Assembly: GCA_964199315.1 (NCBI GenBank)
Contig: OZ116710.1
Coordinates: forward strand, 1,984,001-2,048,000
Reading direction: 5' to 3'
From: Orbicella franksi
Taxonomy: Eukaryota
DNA length: 64,000 bases
The position numbers were made by a program, and so were the translations under genes. The notes below the pieces were generated by a model, which saw nothing but the letters and a program-made list of their open reading frames with translations, was not told the DNA's origin and did no database searches. This document shows, in pieces, positions 36,534 to 47,104 of this stretch. Numbering within the stretch: the stretch's first letter is position 1; each line of letters starts with the position of its first letter.

Positions 36534-37321
36534 TCCGCGTTTTCTCTCTACTAACTGAAGACAGTGCATGCGGTGAGTGGTAGACGGTCGATTGGGGTAA
36601 GCTTGCTATCTAACCAATGGTATCATTCAGAATTCAGTGCTCAGTTTTCAAATTTAAGTAGGGCATATAACAATCCGAACTAACCAATTTTAAAATATCC
36701 CCATTTTCAGCTGCAAAGTAATTTACAGTTATACGTCTTATACCACACCCTCTCTTTGTTTTTGACAAAAGCCTCTTAGAAAAGCAAAACATGAAAGTTC
36801 AGAAATTCACTGGTCTTATTTTCATCTCGGTCCTCTTCAGGGAGTAGAAGTTTCCCTTCCAGTGCTTCCAGTTCACACTATCGGAATCGGGCGAGGGATT
36901 TTCGTGACGATAGATGCCATTCAGGTTAGATTTGTGACAGTTGTTGTACCACCAGCCTCCGTGAAAAACCCTGGCACAGTTGCGGTTCCAGCTGTTATCA
37001 TTATCTTGATGGCGAGTTGTGAATGGTTGACCGCGATGATAAAAAAGAGAGTCACCAGCAGTTCCTAAAACATTACAGAAAAAAATGATTAACTATCATG
37101 CGCAAGACAAAGATGATGACGAAACGAAATCAGTTGTTCGAGCGATCAATTGTTGAAGGTGCGTGTTGTCGAGAGTGGCGGGGATGGTAACGATAGAGCA
37201 GAATGACTGGACAAGGAAACAAACGACAAGTATGAGGGTAACTATGACCACCTGTAAATAACGGATTATGATAATAAAGTGTATTATCGTTTGTCTCACG
37301 ATGTAGTCACTTGAGATGTAG

Positions 37322-37365
37322 ATCGCGACGTTTCGACTGCTTACTGCTAGTCTTCTTCAGGCGAT
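37322..37365 (-). ncRNA. Inverted copy of the same hammerhead (sense in the FReD-2 pre-mRNA)
   Basis: Exact reverse complement of 37588-37631. Confidence 0.7.
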
Positions 37366-37587
37366 AAGGTCGACTTCACCCTAACAACATCAACAGGGAC
37401 AGTGGAATTGAAATTCCTGAAGCATGGATACCCACGATCAAGAAACACAACAACAGGAGAACGGTACAACAGCGGACCACTGAGGGAACAGCTACTCGCC
37501 GGAACAATGGAACAATAGGAGGATCGAAATACACCAATCACAGCCGACCTTTGTGATATAAATGATACTGTGCAATTAGTCGACCTT

Positions 37588-37631
37588 ATCGCCTGAAGAA
37601 GACTAGCAGTAAGCAGTCGAAACGTCGCGAT
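37588..37631 (+). ncRNA. Minimal type I hammerhead ribozyme
   Basis: Stem I AUCGC/GCGAU, CUGAAGA (37593-37599), A, stem II GACU...AGUC, GAAAC, GUC cleavage triplet (37624-37626) within palindromic ACGU. Confidence 0.75.
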
Positions 37632-38529
37632 CTACATCTCAAGTGACTACATCGTGAGACAAACGATAATATACTTTATTATTGCATCTACCACGATGAA
37701 TAACAACAACCTTTTCCTCGACATTGAACGGATTATGATATAGAAAAAGAATGAAAAAAAAAAAACAACATAGAAAGCAAGAAATATGAATGCCTTATTT
37801 TGAAAAGGCAAGATCGCGGGTTAAGGGTTTCTATTTGTTGCTGGGGTTTTGTTGAAAAGTTCACTTTTCAAACTTTACTTTCAGCAGCCAAAGTTGTTGT
37901 TTTGAATCCCGGAATTTTATCCCGATAACTGTTGCGTAAAGGATACAGCTATGGCTTCAACAATCTGAGCTGACACGAAACGAAAAGTGGTTCACCTGAG
38001 TATGAACCGGGTTTCAGCTTGTACTTGTGATTCTCACTCATAACCCTGAACTTATCGTACTCGGCATAAGAAGTATTCCCTTCAAAGTCTTCCAAGTCAA
38101 CACGCAGCATGCTGTTATCATCTGAGGTCAGGCGGTGAATTTTGTCCAGTCCGAGCCAAAATTCACCATTCAGGTCACCAAAACCAACTTTATAATCGCT
38201 CCAGTGAAGAAAAAAATCAACAGAACCGTTCAGTCTCTTCTGGAACACTGTCCATCCCCCACCGGCTGTTGTTTGGTCACAAAAGACATCAAAGGCAGGC
38301 AAGTTGTCAGGTTTGATGGTGTACACACCGTCTTTTCTTTGACCAGATTTGTAGATTTCACCACAGTTATAGGCTGCAAGAGAAACGCAATGATGAAAAT
38401 TTCGATATGGCGCTGAAGTTTTCACCTGGAAGAAATGTTTTAATTTGCGGAGACCCTGCAGGCGCAGTACAAATATGGCGATAGGAACTTACTTTTGTGT
38501 ACACTGATCCATATGCAATTACGATTGAC

Positions 38530-38975
38530 AATTTCCACTACGAGTGATATTTGAAAATTCTCCGAAAATTGTCCAAGCCATTATGAGAGTGCAAATATCT
38601 CGAGCTTTCTTACGACTACATGTACCCTGTTTCTATCGAGTTATAGACACACCAGTGGAAGTTTGGGAGAACAAGAAATGCTGTGGGAACACGAGCCGCA
38701 GGCGAGTTTTTCCCCAGCTTTTTCGAGTTCTCCCAAACTTTCGCGAGTGTTTCTATAACTCGATAGAAACACGGAAAACATGTTTTCTATTTCTTTTAGA
38801 AAACACCGCGACGAAAAAAGAAAAACAGCTTGTCTACTTTGATAATAGATGTAAATTCCCTTTGCTCGCACCATCACAACGTCAACAGCTCATGCTAGTT
38901 CTGTGTTTCCATCGAGTTATAGAAACATGATTTTTAACCAGTCAGCGCGCGTATTTTCATAGGACTGTTTTCTTA
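38530..38975. mobile_element. MITE-like repeat with internal hairpin in a FReD-2 intron
   Basis: tttctatcgagttataga...gaagtttgggagaac versus gttctcccaaacttt...tctataactcgatagaaa. It is absent from the paralogous FReD-4 intron. Confidence 0.6.
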
Positions 38976-38984
38976 ATGACTAAC

Positions 38985-41900
38985 ATATACGAGGGCACCT
39001 GCATTAGGTTGCACAGCATTGTAATAACTCTGAATTTGTCTACTTTCAGTTAATCACAGTGAAGTAATTTCTCCGTCATATAACAAAGTAATGATAGTTG
39101 GACTGAGTAGAGTTCAAATCGGTTTTGGCATCGACCCGGCTGTCAATTCTTTGTCTTAGAAACAACGGACGGCGCCTGATGATTCCAATAATGTAGTCAA
39201 ACGAACCACTTCCCAAGAAGGGTATTTCGTAAGCGAGATACTATAGGAGAATCTTTGTTGATGTCATTGTTTACATTTTTCCTCATTAACATACGACTTT
39301 GTGCAGAGAAGGCATCACGGTAGACACGAATTGACTACAAACATCTAAAGAGCTTGTCACACTTAGTAATTGGTGAAATTCTTGGCTCTTTGGTTGAAAT
39401 ATTCGAGGGGAAATTGGCTTTACAAAACTGCAAAATTTTCTGGGTGGCAAAAGCGCTAATGAGCTCATATATTCTTTGTAAAATTTGGAGTTTCTAAACC
39501 CGCGTCGCACACGGAAAGTATTCGATACATCGGGCTCAAATTCCTTGGGACAGTAAATCATACTATGCCCTTTCAATGTTCAGAACACTTTCTGTAGCTC
39601 CATCAGAAACTGTACCGCTTATGCAATGAGGCAAATCTTATAAATAAAGATTATCCTATCCAAGAGATAGCAGACGTTTTACACGAAAAGATGAGTCAAC
39701 CTGAACATGAGCGACCATCTCCAGTAAATCCTTCCCTACAAGTACAGTTATGTCCGCCAACAGTGTTGGTGCAGTTTGCATTCACGTCACAGTCATGGTT
39801 GCCGGTGATACATTCATCGACATCTGCATTGCAAACGATTAAAAAAGAACTTTTCATTGTTATCAAGAAGATGAAAATGCTGTGATACTCATAGAGAAGT
39901 CCAGGAGTTTACTTCTATTTTAAACAGAGACGAAATCAACAAAATCAAAACCCAAGTCATACTAAAAACAACACTGAAATGGCATTAAAGTTGATTGTGA
40001 GTAACCTTTTAAGTCCATGTCACAATAAACCAAAACTGCCTTTCCATTCACAGTTGGATCCAGCCAGTACTTGCTGCTAATGGTGTCTATGCCTTCGCTT
40101 GCCTTTATTTCCTGACATGAATGCGCTGGGAGCTCCGGAATAGAACCCAGAGGAGCTTGGATCAAAAAAAAAGACAGGAAAAAAAATACAAATTTACCAA
40201 TTATACTGGTTGCTATTATGATAAATACAGTGTTTCTGTCGATCGAGGCTGATAGCTGTCCACAGAAATCTTGATTTTAATAAATAATAAAAACTGGGAA
40301 AAAGTCATCATTTCATCGAGATACGCCGACATAGAAATAAAATAAGTAATTACTTTCAGGGAACCATTACCCAGAAGACTTTCAGGGATGAAATTTGCGA
40401 AAATTTTGCAAATGGGCCCAATTAAAATTTGGCACTAGTTAGAAATTCCTCTCGAAGGAAAAAGCCCTTCAAGAGCATTAAAGAGCATTAAATTTTCGGG
40501 AAAACAACGTTTCATTATTTCGGGAAAATTTTAGGCATTAATAGAAATCGTAAGCACAGACACTTTTAAAACAATGACAGAAAATGGAAGTTTTATATTC
40601 TTCCTTTGGCGATAGCATTGGACTTCCGGTTGATATTCGAATCTGAGTTTAAACTTTCTTATTTTTTTCGCACATACCCCGGTTGCTCAAGCGTCTTTTG
40701 TAAAACCGTGCCGGATCTGAGCGGAAATGTTCGGGCCTTGCCTCCTTGGTGCGGTTATTTAGTTCGCACGACTTTTCTCCTAAGACGTAGTTATAGCTTT
40801 GACAGGTGATTTCTGTTTCACAGCTTATATCACACTCGTGAAGAGCTCTAGCGAAGAACTTTTTCAAGATGAACCCCTGTAGAGCCATCCCATTTATGCT
40901 CCGTTCCTCTCTGCATTGCTTGCCAGCAGATACCGATCCATACAGAAGCCGGCGAAGAGAAAAAAGCAGCGAACGGTCCACAGCATTTTCCGGGACTTTT
41001 AATTTGTAACTGTGGGGAGATTAACACAAACAAAACTACTAATTTTAGGAAAGACATTCACGAAACTCAAGGCATCGTTCAATTAATAGGCTCCACCAAA
41101 AAATCATTGGCTCTTTCTGGCTTGTCTTGGGTACTTGAAAGCCGGAGTTTTTTAAAGTCCTTGGTTGCACTAACCTTTCTGGCTCACGTTTTCTTCTTCC
41201 TCGATTTTTTATGGCAACGTAACAGAGAAATAAAATAGAAAATAGTATCATACAGTACGAGTATTATAAAAACATTTTTGCAACATACGTTGTGGGTGAG
41301 TTAAGTTTTGTAAATAGCAGAATTAACAACCAATATAAACTTACTGAAAGATAGCGGTTGGGCGAGATACTGTGATGGGGGTCTTGCAAAGCTCAGCCTG
41401 TTAATGAGCATAAGCAGCTTGCACACCAGCTGCAGCAAACTATTATGATGAAATGTAACTTTATATTTTATTCGAAAATTGAAGACCTCCGGGCAATGTT
41501 AGTAAGAACTACTTAATTTTCCTTTATTCAAATTTGAATTAATAGTGAAAAGCTTTCTTTTTTGTAAAACCAGCCCCAGGATGTCATTAATGTTTCTAAT
41601 TCTGTTTCTAATTCTTCCTTTTGTGTTCCCGCTACACCCTGCACTGATCTCGTAGCCGCGCTGTTTTGGGGAAAATAAATTGATGTTTTTAGAAAGGGCG
41701 TTTTGTTTATGTTCCTGTCTGCGTGTGAAATAATTTCAGACAATGCTTTCGACATTCACTAGTTGTTATGGTTTATTTGCAACACGCGGTGTTCCCTTTG
41801 TGGGAAATTATGTAAGAATTAAACCACAAAAAGAATATTTGAGGTGGCTGGTTATACTTTGATAGATCAATACTACCAATCTTTATCAAGTGATGTTGAT

Positions 41901-42010
41901 AGTGGTATCACAATCATGCCCAATTATTGGTGAACATATTTAGCTTATCTTTGTGACTTAATAGGCTACCATATAGGAGCAGTAAAACCTGCTAAAAAGT
42001 TAGGACCTTA
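38985..42010. repeat. Segmental duplication, paralogous to about 59580-62650 (type II 5' half with introns)
   Basis: Introns and exons are colinear at high identity, for example cattaggttgcacagcattg...aagttaggaccttatt in both blocks. Confidence 0.92.
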
Positions 42011-42859
42011 TTAATAAAGCAACGACTTGGCGACCCTTATATTTTGTTATCGAAATGTGACAAGCATGTAAAGATAAAACTCTTTGTAAAGTTTAAAATA
42101 TTCTGTTAAGGGGCTCATGTTAAATTTTCGACAATTCTAAAAAGGTGACTCTGAATTCACGAAAGGATTTTTTTCAACTTTGCAAAGGAGTTTTATCTTA
42201 AAATGCATATTACAATTCAATAATAAACAATGTGTTTCACCGAGTCGTTTTTGAATTATAAGTTCTTAAAGCTAACGGGTGCCTCGTTGCCATGGTGACC
42301 TTAATATCTGCCATAAAGATAAATGACTGGGCATTTGTGTGATAATAATATTCTAACCACCTTGACAATGCCCTAGCAAATGCTTTCCTTGGCAAAAACT
42401 TAAAATTATATGATGAAAAACTATCGAGGAAGTTTAAATCATTTGCTTTGAAATGGCCGTTCTCTTATAGTCACCGATAAAAGATGGGTTGAATTTCTTT
42501 TAGTTAATTTTAGTTTTGAAAGAACAACTCTTAATTTCGGGAAATTTTGAGAGCGGTATAAATCTCTTATGATCCAACAAATTGGGCGTCAAGACTCTGG
42601 GCTCTGAAGTGAGACTTTCCCAAGTTCGTTTAGCAAGAAACTTGGGTGTAAAGCAAAAACATTCAAGTTTGAATATTGAAGATTCAAATCTGAGTAAAGA
42701 AAAACTATTGCTGGGATTGTGTTAGCTAGGGATTTTTCGTGGTGCGTGTAGTTATACAACAGTTTAGTGTAGGCAATAACCTGTAATCTTTATCGTTCCA
42801 TACCTGTTTAATTACGTTTAGAGAAAGATATTGAACGTCATGAGAACTATAAAGAGGAG

Positions 42860-43010
42860 TGTCTAACACAGGTTTGGATGCGGGATACGGGATGCGGGAT
42901 GACAGAAATTTTAATGGTGGGATGCAGGATAAAACACTTGGCGGGAGAAGGATTTGTTCATTTTGACGGGTAAGATGCGGGAAATTATGGCGGGATGATA
43001 AACAGAAAAT
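42860..43010. mobile_element. GCGGGAT-repeat MITE fragment
   Basis: Repeated gatgcgggat / ggcgggat units. Confidence 0.4.
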
Positions 43011-44242
43011 CACATGTACTCCCTTCGTAAAATGTCTAAAGATCTCAAAATTGGATGGCATCAGTGGATGGTGCAACTACTTACCTCGGCGTTCTCTGAG
43101 ACGGCCACCACAGCAGCCAAAGGTAATTTTAACTGTTGCCATTTATTACGAGAGAGCAGTGGTCGGCCACAGTCATCTCCAAAAAGAGAAAGTTCTGGCC
43201 GTTATACTAAAGGCATGTAAATTCCTTACAAAGATTCACGAAAACGTCAGGTTAGTTTATGCGAGTTCTTGAATAGCTAGTGGATAAGAAAAAAAAAAAA
43301 ATTCGGCCTTCTATTCGTCCCGCGAGGAACGGAAGTTTTTCTCACTTTTGACGAGGATAAGTTAAACTAGAGGAAAAGTTTTAATTTTGACGAATTTGAT
43401 AGGGAATGTTTAATGGCTTCCTAATATTGTCAAGTTAAGGCAATGTTTTACTTTCATGAATAAGTTATAATCTCTTGGTTATGGTGACTCAGGGTTTACT
43501 CCTTTCCAGATCGGAATACCAAGAGTTGCACAAATTGATTTGGTTTCTTCGAGGTAAAAAAATAAACAAACTATATGACCGTTGTTGCTCAATATTCCCT
43601 GAATTCCACCGTGATTCCGCGATGACTTTTTCAAAACTTAAAAGGTGTTTAGTTTCAGGCTAGAGGCTAAATTGATATCATGACTAGCGCCTGTCCAATC
43701 GCCGTAAATATAACTATATATTGTGAAAACATTTTTGTCACCTATTATCTTATGATTTCTACGGTTTCTCTTGAAAACTATTTCGTGTAAAACCGTCCTG
43801 GGAAGTAACAACGTTTTGACATAAACAGGGAAGGGGGATGCCTGCTGCACAGATTAGATATAACCTGGGGTAAAGGGATTTTGAACGGGAAACGTAGTCG
43901 CCATCTTGTAATCATTCTGGGCACGAAATAAAGATTGTTGTTGTTTGTTGTTGTTGGGGACATTGCGGGGTTGTGAACACCGCAATACCGCAAAAAAAAA
44001 AAATTCATCACCTTGTTGTTGACTTCCCACTATTTACATCACAGGCGGATTATTTATTTTCTTTCACCTCATTATCACCGACAAATATCATGCTATCAGT
44101 CTTAAGCGAAGAGGTGTGCTTGAATTCAGCTCAACATTTTCTTAGTAACAAACTTGCCGTTTTATTATAATGTTTAAAATGTCTTTCAGTTCAAATCGCG
44201 GAGACAACGCTTGCCATCTGTGCCTCTTGTCAGCGAAATATA

Positions 44243-44378
44243 TAGCCTTACAGCTTTTAGAAGACATGAAAAACACACCATCATGCTAGATCAACACTAG
44301 GGTCTCTAGAGGCCATAGTGTTGATCTAGCATGATTGTGGTAGATCAACACTATGGCCTCTAGAGACCATGGAGGCTA
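44243..44378. repeat. Overlapping double inverted repeat (TAGCCT...AGGCTA-type MITE derivative)
   Basis: 20-bp arms at 44280-44299 and 44316-44335; 28-bp arms at 44301-44328 and 44341-44368. Confidence 0.8.
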
Positions 44379-44384
44379 AGTATA

Positions 44385-44710
44385 ATTGTTATACCTCCCA
44401 ACTCAAATACGTTTTCCGATTGGAGGAGAACGTGTCACGTGCCGTTGGTCAAAACTCACTGACTCCCTAGGGAAACAGCAACTTGAACTTTTGACTCGCA
44501 CGTGATCCGGTCGTGCTCCTTGAAACCGCGGCAGATTTGTGTGTCAGCCGGCGTCAAGCAGACAATTTTTCGCAGTTGTTTTTCTATTTTGGAGTTGGGA
44601 GATATAACGAAACACTTAGTGACTGGCTCCGCGGAAAACATCGAGTTTTGTTTCCCTTTTGGGCCAGTCATTAAGTGCTTATTGTCATCCCCCGTACAAG
44701 ATCTGAAGTA
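44385..44710. mobile_element. MITE-like insertion absent from the paralogous block near 33610
   Basis: The paralog reads continuously tcaacatcttcttcaatcattattgaatac. Here about 570 bp separate tcaacattttc (44130) from attattgaatac (44713). Confidence 0.55.
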
Positions 44711-45099
44711 ATTATTATTGAATACACGAGGATTCCAGCACAATCTTTGTAAGTTTGTTCAAATCTTTTTTCGGTCCTGTTACGTATCCAGTATTTGGTT
44801 TGTTTTGGAAAAAAAAAATGAGAAAAAAATATTTGGCCTTATCTCCAGACCAAGCATCATTAAAGCAGAATTGTACAATAATTTTTTTTAATGAGGATAC
44901 AGTAAACGGTGGGATAAAATAACAAATAATGATGTGATAATTTGGCTATACAGCTCCAGATGAACCTTGATCAACGTTTGACTCCACTAGTTCTTCGTTA
45001 AACTCTTCTTTCTGAAAATGTTACGCCCCTCTACATGACGCCCTTTACATTCGTGTTTTTATAGTTATGGAATGTCTCTTTTCGAGCTCGGCTTTTGCA

Positions 45100-45250
45100 A
45101 ATTGTTAGCCTTCGAACACGTGCAGCGTAGCCGCGAGCGCGAAATCGAGCGGCGAAGCGGCGAAGCAGGCGAAGAGGCGAAGACTCCTTCCTGCCGGATC
45201 GCTGTGCTCTTCGCCGCTTGCACGCATGACCCAAAGGTGAGCCTGCTTAC
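45100..45250. mobile_element. GC-rich TAGCCT-type MITE
   Basis: Starts tagccttcgaaca, has GCGAAG repeats, ends aaggtgagcctgct. Not present at the paralogous site near 33975. Confidence 0.45.
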
Positions 45251-46291
45251 TAACTAGCAGCAGTCATAATTGCGAAAGTCATAAAATAGAGATAATCAAC
45301 TCCAACAGACACATACTGCGACAGGTAATCTCCTCGACAAATTTAACTTACTTAATTTTAATTCATGTGGTAGTTGTCGCATTATGAGCCTCCCAAAACG
45401 TCAGGCTGTGACGTGCAACCATAGTAAACGATAAGTCTGATATTTATTGTAAAGAATTGAAACGCAAGAATCTTGTAGGAATAAAATTTGCTCTGTCAGC
45501 ATATACAACAGTTGTCTGAACTCAGTAGTTTGCTGCGCGTTCTCAGCGCCTCTCAGCAACATTATAAGCCTCCAATCATATTCATGAGTCTCCCAGCAAA
45601 ATTATGAGCCTCCCAGTATAATAATGAAGCCCACGGCATGATTGCGAACCCCTTAGAATGGCAGAGAATAATTTCATTTATTTTACATGTTTTTAATGGT
45701 GGAAACTGCACAAAAAAATTGCAGTCACAAGTTCTTCGATTAAATGAGGCAAAGCTGTCTTTGAGTTACACATATGACAATTATTAATTAAAAAACTGTA
45801 AGTGTTTTAACGCTTAAGAGTTTATTGACATTTTCAGGCACGTTTTAAACTGCATAACATTAGCAAAAGACCATCATGGCTTCTTGACATAAACTTAGAG
45901 CATTACCACTAATATTCCACTGTATTTACATAAAGTATTATTATTACTCATCAAAACTAATTGGATCACCCTGCCTTAATTACCTTCACCTCATGAAGAC
46001 AAACACATTAGTTTTACCGGCAATGTTACTGAAACTCATGGCTAGGTTCAAGTTTTATGGAATCTTGAAATTTTTCTTCCAGTATCTAACCCTGATTCGA
46101 CAAGCTTTCCCAGCTTTGAAGAAAAAGATGATTGAATTTTTAATGAAGTAATACTAATAAATTGGTCGCGCAACACACACACAGCTTACAATTCAAACTA
46201 TATTGACAACTGAGGTGGACTTCCTTCAAGCCTGTTGGTCTCCCCGCCCTCTCTATGGTATGTAAGAATACTTCCTTTTTAAGGCAAACAA

Positions 46292-46350
46292 ACGACGACG
46301 ACGACGACGATGATAATGATAGTGGTATGATGATGATGATGATGATGATG
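46292..46350. repeat. Compound (ACG)n(ATG)n trinucleotide repeat
   Basis: Read directly. Confidence 0.9.
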
Positions 46351-47104
46351 AATCTTAAAGCTGCTTCATTACAGTAACACTTCGCTACTTAAAACGTTAG
46401 ATGCTCTCATGATTTAGTAATTTGAAGACTACTAAGGTTTGGTTACTACATACCGACATCGTATCAATTAAGGTTTTTTGGAAAAACTCCAGGAACTATC
46501 AACTGGTTCTGCTAGTCATTGCCATGGTCATCTGAGCAAATGACAAACAGAAAAAATTTGACATCTTCAATTTAAAGATGAATTCGAGAACGTACGTGCG
46601 GTCGGGAATCCTTCTGCGATAGAGGGCCAGACTGCTAAAATCTTGAATTTACAAACGGGTCTTTGAGCGCGATGCTCAACGAGTTTGCTGTTCAATTCTG
46701 AAAGGTCTCTGAAGAGTCTCTTGGCCGAGACGAAACGCCGCGTCAGACTCTCCACGAACTATGTCTTCACAAGTATATGTCAATTCCGAATTCAAGATCG
46801 CGAGGAGAATCGACTTTTCAAGTTGTTTGTTTTACGTGCCATCTTCAGTGACCAGTTTTGTTTGAATATGGCATAATTAATGATTTAGTTTCAGCTCATT
46901 TTGTCGCATGTGGAATATATTTTTTTCTCGGTCAACCTTTGATTTTTTATGTCTGTCTCTGATTAAACTAACAATTTCTTCATAGGTTTAAATTAATGTT
47001 TGCTCGAACGCGCGTTCTTATCAGTGGCTTGCATATATCATGATATGCAAACTCAAGTTTGTCATTTTAGGTGTGTTTAGAACAGCTAAACTGAAGAGAA
47101 ATGT

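Larger units (their letters stand above)
37274..37726 (+). mobile_element. Penelope-like 3' fragment with inverted pLTR copy and 14-bp TSD
   Basis: Encodes the GIY-YIG C-terminal end HPNNINRDSGIEIPEAWIPTIKKHN. 105-bp inverted arms at 37271-37375 and 37578-37682 (1 mismatch). AACGGATTATGATA at 37260-37273 and 37727-37740. Confidence 0.85.
36799..40986 (-). pseudogene. FReD-2 (type II): signal+PAN - 50-aa CxxxK...YWLDP...YCDM module - EGF-Ca - fibrinogen domain; 1-nt frameshift after the signal peptide
   Basis: Exons 40986-40678, 40155-40006, 39823-39701 (DVDECITGNHDCDVNANCTNTVGG), 38373-37996, 37064-36799. Relative to FReD-4, one base is missing (GATCGGTATCT versus GATCGCGTATCT), so the total is 1226 nt. 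All downstream exons are open. Confidence 0.75.

Noticed and set aside
39286-39576. 96-aa ORF preserved in both type II introns (also 59865-60155)
   Set aside because: The blocks are recent duplicates. The 6 amino-acid changes versus few silent ones look neutral, and there is no recognisable domain or splice context.
41528-41755. 75-aa ORF preserved in both duplicates (also 62172-62399)
   Set aside because: It starts at a non-ATG codon, has no recognisable homology, and its preservation is expected from high duplicate identity.
45541-45650. About 20-bp spaced repeats (attatgagcctccc) and GTAATCGGACAGT x3 at 51451-51494 as CRISPR-like arrays
   Set aside because: The context is eukaryotic, the units are degenerate tandem minisatellites without unique spacers, and there are no cas genes.
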